A stretch of DNA of 64,000 bases from Thermoplasmata archaeon (GTDB taxonomy: Archaea > Thermoplasmatota > Thermoplasmata > Thermoplasmatales > GCA-001856825), in the NCBI GenBank assembly GCA_021816725.1, contig JAKAXD010000001.1:437209-501208 (forward strand). Reading direction: 5' to 3'. A model generated the notes under the pieces. It ran no database searches. It saw only the letters and a list, made by a program, of their open reading frames with translations, and was not told the DNA's origin. The translations under genes were made by a program, and so were the position numbers. Below are positions 37,173 through 45,126 of the stretch, piece after piece (position 1 is the first letter of the stretch; each line of letters opens with the position of its first letter).

Positions 37173-38486
37173 CTATTCGATTAACTCTGTGGGTTTTTGC
37201 AATCCCTCTATTTCCACTGGAACCCTTTCCGATTTTTCCCTCTCATCCAACAACATTTCCGCTTCACCAACCAGGTACAATGAGCCGGTTATGACAACGT
37301 TTCTACCAGACGTGATTGCTGAATCTAGCGCTTTTTTCGGTACGTTTTCAATTTCTACCTCCTTGAAGAAAAGACGTGCTTCCCTTTTCAGGTCTTCCAC
37401 TCTCTTCTTCCTCTCTGGTTCGTTTGGCTCAGTCAGTAACACGCTATCTGAGACCTCAGCCAAATTCTGGAGGATGTTGTAACTGTTCTTGTCTCTAAGC
37501 ACCCCCATGACAATCAACGGGTCTTTTATTGCGTATTTCTTTATGTTCGAGCTTAAGACTCTCGTGGCCTCTGAATTGTGGGCACCATCTAGAATCATGA
37601 GTGGATTTCTCCTTCTTATCTCAAATCGACCTGGTATCTGCCTCTCCTGAAGCCCATCCAGAATATCCTGGCTATTCATGGGAGCCTCCAGCGATTCTGA
37701 AGCGAGTATGGCAGCAATCGAATTATTCACCTGATAGTCTCCGAGGGCCTTCAGTTTCACATTGTAGCTGTCCAAATCAGTTTTAATGCTGAAGCTGGTT
37801 CCATCTAAAGAAAGGTCAATGTTCCTTGCGTTATAGTCCACGATCTCCTTTACGGGGGACCTAGAATGCTTTGCAATGTCCAGGATGACCTGCCTTGCAG
37901 TCTCAGGAACCTTACCTAGAATTACAGGTTTACTCCTCTTTATGATGCCCCCCTTCTCCTTCGCAATATACTCAATACTCCCACCAAGCTTGTCGGCGTG
38001 CTCGAGAGAGAGACTGGTAATAACAGAAACTTCAGGATCTATTATGTTGGTTGAATCGAGTCTTCCTCCAAGCCCTACTTCCACTGATGCAAATTGTACC
38101 CCCTTGCTCCTGAAGAAGTCAAAAGCCATGTTGGTCGTATATTCGAAGAACGTGAGCTGTGTCTCCATCCCATGGTATTCAATTTTTGAGTTGTGCTTTC
38201 CAACAAACTCGTTCACAAACTTTGTCGGAATTTCCTCGTCGTTCACTAAGATTCTTTCCGAAAATCTTCTGAGATGAGGAGATGTGTAGAGGCCTGCCTG
38301 ATATTTCCTTCTCAGTATCCTGTATATGAACGTGGCCGTAGATCCCTTCCCGTTCGACCCTGCAACGTGGATGCTTTTGAAACTCTTGTGCGGGTCCCCC
38401 AATTGCTTTGCAAAATCTAGCGTTGGGCCTAGCCCAAGCTTTATTCCAAATCTTGAGAGGGAAAATAGGTATTTCTCCCCGTCCAT
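37173..38486 (-). CDS. folC: folylpolyglutamate synthase/dihydrofolate synthase (Mur ligase family)
   Basis: FGIKLGL, P-loop HVAGSNGKGST, YTSPHL, and the typical FolC layout. Confidence 0.85.
   Translation of the reverse strand: MDGEKYLFSLSRFGIKLGLGPTLDFAKQLGDPHKSFKSIHVAGSNGKGSTATFIYRILRRKYQAGLYTSPHLRRFSERILVNDEEIPTKFVNEFVGKHNSKIEYHGMETQLTFFEYTTNMAFDFFRSKGVQFASVEVGLGGRLDSTNIIDPEVSVITSLSLEHADKLGGSIEYIAKEKGGIIKRSKPVILGKVPETARQVILDIAKHSRSPVKEIVDYNARNIDLSLDGTSFSIKTDLDSYNVKLKALGDYQVNNSIAAILASESLEAPMNSQDILDGLQERQIPGRFEIRRRNPLMILDGAHNSEATRVLSSNIKKYAIKDPLIVMGVLRDKNSYNILQNLAEVSDSVLLTEPNEPERKKRVEDLKREARLFFKEVEIENVPKKALDSAITSGRNVVITGSLYLVGEAEMLLDEREKSERVPVEIEGLQKPTELIE
37211..37224. promoter_or_regulatory. 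ORB-core-like motif TTTCCACTGGAACC (candidate origin recognition box)
   Basis: Perfect match to the conserved archaeal mini-ORB core TTCCA(C/G)TGGAA. It lies about 165 bp upstream of the orc1/cdc6-1 start, inside the last codons of the folC-like gene. A weaker copy, ATTTCGACTGGAGA, is at 37143-37156. Confidence 0.4.
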
Positions 38487-38541
38487 TGCCAGTGAAGATA
38501 TTCGTTAGTAAAAAGGTTTATTTACGTTCAAAATTAAGATT

Positions 38542-39240
38542 GTGCAGTCAGTTAGAATCATAGTTGTTGAGCCTAAGAACCCGGGAAACCTCGGAGCAAT
38601 TGCGAGGCTGATGAAGAATTTTGGACTGAGGGACCTGACTGTTGTCAACACCACCAGGGTTCCCAGTGAGGACTTCTTTCGCTCAATGAAGGGAAGTGAA
38701 ATACTTTCGAAATGTAAAATGGTAGAAAAACTGGAGGATGCCATCGAAGGGCTTGAATTTATTGTCGGTACCTCTGGAGTAAAGAGCGATTCGCCGAGGG
38801 AGGTGCTAAGGAACTACATGGACCCTGAAGAGTTTGTGAACCAGTCCAGAAAGATTGGTGGAAAGGTAGGGATCATACTTGGAAGGGAGGATATTGGATT
38901 GACGAACAGTGAACTTGCAATGTGCGACTTCTTTGTCCATATTCCGGCTGATGAAGAGTATCCGATACTCAACGTGTCAAGCGCCGCTGCGATTCTATTC
39001 TATGAATTATTTGGTGGGAAAAAATCTAAGAAAGTTGAAACTGTAACAAGAAGGGATAACGACAGGCTGATTGAGAAGTTCAGGGAATCTCTCATCGAAA
39101 ATAACTATCCCAGTCACAGGATTAACAAGACAACTCTTCTCTTCAGGCGTGTCATTTCAAGGGCCATCCTGACACCTTATGAATACAGGATCCTTATGGG
39201 TGCCATCGGCTGCAGGCACAAAGACCCTCGGAAGACATGA
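38542..39240 (+). CDS. SpoU/TrmH-family RNA 2'-O-methyltransferase (TrmJ-like)
   Basis: IVVEPKNPGNLGAIARLMKNFG, ILGREDIGL, and NVSSAAAILFYE (SPOUT knot motifs). GTG start. Confidence 0.85.
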   Translation: MQSVRIIVVEPKNPGNLGAIARLMKNFGLRDLTVVNTTRVPSEDFFRSMKGSEILSKCKMVEKLEDAIEGLEFIVGTSGVKSDSPREVLRNYMDPEEFVNQSRKIGGKVGIILGREDIGLTNSELAMCDFFVHIPADEEYPILNVSSAAAILFYELFGGKKSKKVETVTRRDNDRLIEKFRESLIENNYPSHRINKTTLLFRRVISRAILTPYEYRILMGAIGCRHKDPRKT

Positions 39241-39257
39241 ATGCCACTTTCAGCAAC

Positions 39258-40193
39258 TCAACCGGTCAGCACAGCTACGTGGATGCCCTTATCGTTCTTC
39301 CTACCCACCACGTGGTACGTGCCAACCACAGAGGCAACCGCTGCTGGAATAGCATCAATATTTTCCCTATCCTTCACAAGCTTCTTGAAAGCTAGCAACT
39401 CTTCGTCAGTTACATATTCTGCGTATCCTCCTGATTTGAGGACAGCTTCATATGCAAGGTCACCGTCGTATGAATGGTAGTTGACAAGTGGCTCGTTGAG
39501 TTCAGTTTCCCTAATTTTATCTCTCGGGAAGTCAACTATTTTTGCGAGTCGTCCCTTGAAGCTTGAAATTACCGGGTTACCTCCATCTGTGCTGGCCGCT
39601 ATGATCTTAGGTACTTTCTTCAAGAAGCCAGATATCTTCATTTTTTCGAATCCATGGTATATGCCGGCAAGTGTAGTTCCATTGCCAACTGGCACAGATA
39701 CGGTATCTGGCACTTCCCCTATAACCTGGAACAATTCCTGTGCAATCGGGGCGTAAGCCTCCAGACCTAGCTCAGGATGGGCGCCTGCATTTGCATCAAA
39801 CCAGTTGTTCTCGCTTGCGTCCCTCTTGCTTGCCTCTACTGAGTCTTCGTACATCCCATCAACAAGCATCAGTCTCGCTCCATACTTGTACTGTATCTCC
39901 TCGAGCCTAGGCGAATGAAACTGTCTGGGAATGTAAATTAGGGATTTCAGATGATGCAGCGAAGCGTAGTACGCAATCGCTGCTCCGTAATTTCCGCAGC
40001 TTCCGACCACAACGGTGTTGTAACCATACTCAAGCGCTTTTTGAACGTGCACTGAGGCAACCCTGTCCTTCTGCGTGCCTGTGGGATTAGAACCTTCATA
40101 TTTCAGGTATAACCTGTCGATCCCTAACGCCTTCCCTAGATTCTTTGCAATTATCAGGGGAGTGTTGCCCAATACTTCATGACTTTTCTCCAT
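39258..40193 (-). CDS. PLP-dependent enzyme, tryptophan-synthase-beta fold (threonine-synthase-like)
   Basis: GNTPL, the PLP-lysine block EGSNPTGTQKDR, SCGNYGAA, and the VPVGNGTT glycine loop. Confidence 0.75.
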   Translation of the reverse strand: MEKSHEVLGNTPLIIAKNLGKALGIDRLYLKYEGSNPTGTQKDRVASVHVQKALEYGYNTVVVGSCGNYGAAIAYYASLHHLKSLIYIPRQFHSPRLEEIQYKYGARLMLVDGMYEDSVEASKRDASENNWFDANAGAHPELGLEAYAPIAQELFQVIGEVPDTVSVPVGNGTTLAGIYHGFEKMKISGFLKKVPKIIAASTDGGNPVISSFKGRLAKIVDFPRDKIRETELNEPLVNYHSYDGDLAYEAVLKSGGYAEYVTDEELLAFKKLVKDRENIDAIPAAVASVVGTYHVVGRKNDKGIHVAVLTG

Positions 40194-40285
40194 TTGTGAA
40201 GGTGAATTCAGATTTTGACTTAAACATGTCTCCCAATTCCTAATCCTTATTCATTAGTTGATTTTATTCGGAAGTCATTGGATCA

Positions 40286-40837
40286 TCAATTCAGTGAAAT
40301 GCTGACACTACTCTGAAACCCGGACTGTTCGACCTGCTTTGAAATGCTGGAATTCTCACCCGCTAGTGACTTTACATTTTCCGAGACTATGCTTTTAACA
40401 AGACTATCTATGTGCTCATTTATCTTTGCTAGAACGTTGGTCCATGGGTATTCCTTCATGGAAGATGCAAAATTCTCGTTTTCGACAACTGAAGTTATTT
40501 CGACTGACCTCTTCAGTTCCCTCATGAGCATATCCCCCCTAACCTTTCTCTCGGGGGATTCACTATGAAATGGCATGATACCGATGAAAAAAACCTTGTT
40601 TCCATTCGAATTCAACGCGCTGCAGACCGGCTTAAGAACCGAAGATGAGAACTGACCTGCAGGTGAAGAAACAACAACTACCTTTGTTCCCTTTACCTGG
40701 GAATTGACAAAATCAACTACCCTTTCCATACTACCGAAACTATTAGAGTCTATGTACAGTGAATTCTCATAGCCGAGAGCCCTAACAACATTGACGCCTG
40801 CGCCTCCTACACCAAGAACCTTAAAATTGTCTGACAT
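40286..40837 (-). CDS. degenerate FtsZ/tubulin-like protein, N-terminal domain only
   Basis: 183 aa. FKVLGVGGAGVNVVRA matches the FtsZ T1 loop. VVVVSSPAGQFSSSVLKPV...FFIGIMPFHSESPERKV...SVVENENF aligns with FtsZ VFITSGMGGGTGTG...VTLPFSAEGRVR...IVIPNDKL, but the GGGTGTG signature is lost, the T2/T3 region is shortened and the C-terminal domain is absent. Confidence 0.6.
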   Translation of the reverse strand: MSDNFKVLGVGGAGVNVVRALGYENSLYIDSNSFGSMERVVDFVNSQVKGTKVVVVSSPAGQFSSSVLKPVCSALNSNGNKVFFIGIMPFHSESPERKVRGDMLMRELKRSVEITSVVENENFASSMKEYPWTNVLAKINEHIDSLVKSIVSENVKSLAGENSSISKQVEQSGFQSSVSISLN

Positions 40838-40908
40838 ATTAATGACATTAATATGACACTATATAAGCTTTTTTACATTTTAACGTATAACCAGGCCCAT
40901 TTTCAATG

Positions 40909-41994
40909 TCAGCTTTCCGGCAACTTCCTAGCCTTTTCCATTAAACTAAGTTTACTTAGAAGAACCTTTGGTGGAACCCTCAGAACGTATTCGTTCTCGA
41001 CCCCCCCAGAATAACCTTTTCCGATTCTGCTCTTCTTCACCAATCCAGAAACCTCTATTGTTTTCAGAAACTTGTACATCTTGGAGTCAGAGATATTCCT
41101 GTCCAGATCCTTGATGCTGGATGTCTTGAATCTGTTCTCAGTACTTACGGATTCTAGTAGGGACCTCAATAGCAGAATTTCATCCTCCTCCAGATTTATT
41201 AGGGAACTATCTTCAAGAGGTGGTGAAAAGTCCCTGTATGCCTGGAGAACCGCTTCCTCATCCAGAAATACATTCCTCGTTTCAGCATACAAAGCGGAAT
41301 TTCTCAGAAGTTCTATCGCGACCCTTGCACTTCCGCTTTCCTCTGCAAGCTCTGATATCCTTGAAATAGCCCCATTCGTATATGCACCTTCGTATAGTCC
41401 AAGAGCTGCCCTAGATGATATTATTTTGAAAAGGTCATTGGCATCATATTCCTTGAGAGATATCCTGTTGTATTTCCCTATACCTGAAAGGGTACTTCTA
41501 TCCAGGTACATTTCTGGTTCCTCCATAGATAGGAGAACAAGCTTTATTTCTGGACCTCCAAGTTCCCTGCTCCTGGACAAAAGATAAACTATCTGGCCGT
41601 GAGCTTTCTTTAAAGACTGTGATTCGTCAAGTACCACAAGATTGTTTCGTCCTTTTAGTTCCTTGAAAAGAATGCTGGCAAGTGATTCCGCCCTGGTATT
41701 TCCTATTTCTGGAAGCCTTATGTTAGGATTATCCAAGATTGTGGATATGATAGACCTGTCGGTCTGGTTGATGTAGCAGTTCACGTAAGCTCCCCTGAAG
41801 CCTTTCAGCCGCTTGAGCAATGTTTTCCCAATAAGAGTCTTTCCCGTCCCGGGGTTCCCACGGACTACAAATGTAGACGATACATCACTTCCGCTTATTA
41901 GTTCCCCAAGTTCATTCAGCTTCTCTTCCCTGCCTATTACAGATTCGGGGATGTAATCCTGCGATAGGATCACGGAGTTTTTAATGACCTTCAT
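40909..41994 (-). CDS. Orc1/Cdc6 family AAA+ protein (divergent paralog 2)
   Basis: YIPESVIGREEKL, Walker A GNPGTGKT, Walker B VVLDESQ, sensor GSARVAIELLR, and a C-terminal winged-helix-like region. Confidence 0.85.
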   Translation of the reverse strand: MKVIKNSVILSQDYIPESVIGREEKLNELGELISGSDVSSTFVVRGNPGTGKTLIGKTLLKRLKGFRGAYVNCYINQTDRSIISTILDNPNIRLPEIGNTRAESLASILFKELKGRNNLVVLDESQSLKKAHGQIVYLLSRSRELGGPEIKLVLLSMEEPEMYLDRSTLSGIGKYNRISLKEYDANDLFKIISSRAALGLYEGAYTNGAISRISELAEESGSARVAIELLRNSALYAETRNVFLDEEAVLQAYRDFSPPLEDSSLINLEEDEILLLRSLLESVSTENRFKTSSIKDLDRNISDSKMYKFLKTIEVSGLVKKSRIGKGYSGGVENEYVLRVPPKVLLSKLSLMEKARKLPES

Positions 41995-42048
41995 TTACGA
42001 TTTAACACCGTAAACGAAAATTAATTATAAACCCTATTATGTCGAAGC

Positions 42049-42981
42049 ATGGAGTATAGGAATCTAGGGAAATCTGACCTAAAGGTATCTGTAATCGGCC
42101 TCGGGGCCTGGCAAGCCGGAGCCAAGGGATGGGGCAAAATCGTAGATTCTGATGTAAAAAGCGCAATTTTGACCTCTATTGAGATGGGTCTGAATTTCAT
42201 CGATACAGCTGAAGTTTATGGAGATGGCCATTCTGAATCAGTCATAGGAGAAGTCATTAAAGATAACAGGGACGACATAGTTATCGCGACGAAGGCTTCG
42301 GGCAATCATCTGAAGCCAGAATACCTTGAGAGAGCACTCGAGGGAAGCCTTAAGAGGCTCAACACGAATTACATTGATCTCTATCAACTGCACTGGCCAG
42401 ACATCTACACTTCCCTAAAGGAAACTATGAAAACTCTTGAAAGAATGGCAAACAATGGGAAGATTAGGTACATAGGACTTTCCAACTTCAGTGTTTGCCA
42501 GATAGAGGAGGCCAGGTCATACCTTTCAAACATGGACATAGTGTCAAACCAGGTAAGGTATAACATCCTGCAGAGAGAGATTGAGGAGGAAATGCTCCCC
42601 TACCTAACAAAGGAGAAGATAAGCGTAATTGCCTATTCACCGCTAGCCCAAGGACTCTTAACCTTCAAGTATGACCACGCAAACCTCGAGGCGAGCGACG
42701 TTAGAAAGAACAATAAACTCTTCACTGAACCGAACATCAGAATGATAGCCTCATTCCTCTCGGTGCTAAAGGACATATCACTGGAGACAGGACATTCTGT
42801 GGTGCAGCTCGCGCTTAACTGGCTAATATCAAGGGATAATGTTATACCGATCCCGGGTGCCAAAAATAGGGATCAGGCAACAATCAACCTCCAGTCAAAC
42901 GGATGGAGACTAAGTCAGGAACAGATTAAGAGGATCGAGGACAAGTATCAGGAAATTAAGGATAAGCTGGACACTTTCTAG
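42049..42981 (+). CDS. aldo/keto reductase
   Basis: LGLGAW, FIDTAEVYGDG, DLYQLHWPD, GLSNF, and IPGAKN. Confidence 0.9.
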   Translation: MEYRNLGKSDLKVSVIGLGAWQAGAKGWGKIVDSDVKSAILTSIEMGLNFIDTAEVYGDGHSESVIGEVIKDNRDDIVIATKASGNHLKPEYLERALEGSLKRLNTNYIDLYQLHWPDIYTSLKETMKTLERMANNGKIRYIGLSNFSVCQIEEARSYLSNMDIVSNQVRYNILQREIEEEMLPYLTKEKISVIAYSPLAQGLLTFKYDHANLEASDVRKNNKLFTEPNIRMIASFLSVLKDISLETGHSVVQLALNWLISRDNVIPIPGAKNRDQATINLQSNGWRLSQEQIKRIEDKYQEIKDKLDTF

Positions 42982-43038
42982 ATTCAATCTTCTAGGACTT
43001 TGCATTCCCGTCGTTTGAAGATATGTATGGCAGTCTAT

Positions 43039-43548
43039 CTAATCCTCAATTTTGTGGATGAGTTCAACGCTTGACCCGAATAGTAGATTCTTGAAATCTT
43101 GAGATACATCGTATTGGCGTGTCTCTATACTACTCTCTATGAGCATGAGCTCAGATAGCTCATCTGGATACCCTTCAGAGAATATTATCTCCTTAATCCC
43201 AGAATTGATGATCATCTTGGTACAATCAGAACAAGGGTGGGTGGTCACGTATATTATGCTTCCATTGATTGCCGTTCCATTGTATGCGGCCTGGATGATT
43301 GCATTCTGCTCAGCGTGCAACCCTCTGCAAAGTTCCCTCCTTTCTCCCGATGGGACGTTGAGCTTATCCCTTAGGCACCCCACCTCATCGCAGTGGAGTG
43401 CACCCCTGGGTGGACCGTTGTATCCAGTTGCCATTATCCTTTTCTCCTTAACGATGACAGCTCCCACTTTCCTCCTAACACAATTAGACCTAGTGGCTGC
43501 CATGAATGCCATTCTCATGAAGTATTCATCCCAAGAGGGTCTTTCCAT
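43039..43548 (-). CDS. deoxycytidylate (dCMP) deaminase, ComEB-like
   Basis: Zinc motifs HAEQNAI and [16 protein letters not shown]-terminus typical of dCMP deaminases. Confidence 0.88.
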   Translation of the reverse strand: MERPSWDEYFMRMAFMAATRSNCVRRKVGAVIVKEKRIMATGYNGPPRGALHCDEVGCLRDKLNVPSGERRELCRGLHAEQNAIIQAAYNGTAINGSIIYVTTHPCSDCTKMIINSGIKEIIFSEGYPDELSELMLIESSIETRQYDVSQDFKNLLFGSSVELIHKIED

Positions 43549-43654
43549 CAGATTGATATGGGCAACTCATTAAAAAGTATTTAGAAGCATTCCCTGAAAA
43601 TAGTTACCATTTCCCCAATCGGAATGTATTTATTAGAAATTAAGTTGTATTTAT

Positions 43655-43840
43655 ATGGCAAAGTACAGTTTTAAGTGTGCAGACATTGGCATGGATTGTG
43701 GCTTCGAGACTAAAGCATCAACTAAAGAAGAGTTGATGCCACTGATAGTCAATCACGCCAAGACTGCTCACAATATGAACGAGATACCACCTGACGTCGC
43801 AAAAAAGGTTGAAAGCGCTATAAAGAAGAGTTTCTTCTAA
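43655..43840 (+). CDS. DUF1059 domain small protein
   Basis: 61 aa. The pattern MAKYSFKCADIGMDCGFE..EEL...HAK.AH is typical of DUF1059. Confidence 0.75.
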   Translation: MAKYSFKCADIGMDCGFETKASTKEELMPLIVNHAKTAHNMNEIPPDVAKKVESAIKKSFF

Positions 43841-44219
43841 ACCGAACGGAAGGTATCGATTCAGTTGGAGAATAATGATTCTCCAAATATTGATACCGTC
43901 AGGTCTGTAGATTTATTCATTTCCTATCGACATTGGATGAGTCCTTATGCACTGATCTCTTTTGTCTAGTAATCTAGAACACCCGTTACATGTTCAGTTA
44001 CTTAAGATGTGTGAATATGGCACAGAGAGGTTGGCGCCGCAAAAAATCAATCTTTATTAAGCAACCAATTGGCTAATATATCGGAGATAGAAGCTGAAAT
44101 TACTGGCGTGCAATATGGGCATATCAATCAAATTCCAATTGTGCACACTTGATTGTTGGAAAGAGGAATTATTTCGGTTTGCTTGGAAAGTCTTTTAAAT
44201 TCATTTCTTATAAAAATCC

Positions 44220-44879
44220 GTGCCCTCCTCCCATTCACGTTATCAAATAGACCCGCAGCTGCCATCCCAGCCACCCAAAGGCTATCGCCTTAAGTTAGCG
44301 ACGGTTATTGCAATCTTAGTCGTCTTGACTTCGGTAGGTGTAATTGTCGTTGTCCATTATTATTACACATTTTCCCCCTATCAAGGAGGATTGCAGCCTT
44401 CCTTCGCATTCCTACCAACTTCCGACTTTACAAGGACTTACGGGATGCAGTTCTTAGGAACCAATTACACATCAAATCTATCATTTTCGCTGCCTCCAAA
44501 ATTCTCTTCAAGAGGATTGCTCTATGCAGAAGCCTGGATCTATTTTCCTCTACAGACCAACAAATCCATCAACGCCTCATCCATCATTGCAGTCTCCACA
44601 CTGATAATGGAGATGAATAGTACGTCCCAGGCAAGTTCGTCATACTCGACGCTTGAAACTTCCCTATACGTAGGTACAACAGAGGTTTCGACTGGTTACT
44701 TTTATGGTTTCCATTATGCACTCTGGAAAGGGAATATCTCATCCACGCCAATTAACGTCTATTTTGCACAAGACAAGAATTACTTACTCATAATGCAATT
44801 CTATGGACCAGCTATAACCTACGAAACAACGATATTCGAGGAGCAAGTAGTATTGATGCTTTCAACGGCTGGAGCTTGA
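44220..44879 (+). CDS. hypothetical membrane-anchored protein
   Basis: 219 aa with a GTG start and a single N-terminal TM (LATVIAILVVLTSVGVIVVV). The ectodomain is Ser/Thr-rich with sequons. No recognisable family. Confidence 0.5.
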   Translation: MPSSHSRYQIDPQLPSQPPKGYRLKLATVIAILVVLTSVGVIVVVHYYYTFSPYQGGLQPSFAFLPTSDFTRTYGMQFLGTNYTSNLSFSLPPKFSSRGLLYAEAWIYFPLQTNKSINASSIIAVSTLIMEMNSTSQASSSYSTLETSLYVGTTEVSTGYFYGFHYALWKGNISSTPINVYFAQDKNYLLIMQFYGPAITYETTIFEEQVVLMLSTAGA

Positions 44880-44921
44880 CGATGGAAATTGATATTGAAT
44901 GATAATTGTCTATTTCCAATA

Positions 44922-44996
44922 TGCTCCGGCCGGGATTTGGACCCGGGTCGTGGGATTGAGAGCCCCATATGCTTGGCCGGTCTACACCACCGGAGC
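44922..44996 (-). tRNA. tRNA-Glu (anticodon CTC)
   Basis: The reverse complement folds as acceptor GCTCCGG/CCGGAGC, the archaeal Glu-type 5' half GCTCCGGTGGTGTAG.CCGGCCAA, and anticodon stem TGGGG/TCCCA with loop CT-CTC-AA. T arm is CCGGG-TCCAAAT-CCCGG, with an unusual C at position 55. Discriminator A. A TATA-like box lies at about 45009-45023. Confidence 0.85.
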
Positions 44997-45126
44997 TAAG
45001 CCTAATCCTATAAAAATATAAAATATCTCTCAAAGAAGTGTCGGCTTCTTCCTAATTTACAGAACAATGAATATATCCATGGTACGTAAGCAAACTCGAT
45101 GTGAACTCCGGGCCACTTAAGGCAAT

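Noticed and set aside
39241-39756. Two plus-strand ORFs (79 and 91 aa).
   Set aside because: They are antisense to the PLP-dependent enzyme gene (39258-40193), which has the NPTG.QKDR lysine motif. The plus frames are low-complexity.
40838-40908. The palindrome ATTAATG-A-CATTAAT in the spacer between the Orc paralog and the mini-FtsZ gene.
   Set aside because: It is a short AT-rich palindrome in a promoter-like AT-rich region. It is plausible as a TATA or operator element but indistinguishable from chance without comparative data.
44812-45033. A 73-aa minus-strand ORF.
   Set aside because: It runs straight through the tRNA-Glu gene (44922-44996) and overlaps the end of the 44220-44879 CDS. 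It is an artefact of the G+C-rich tRNA sequence.
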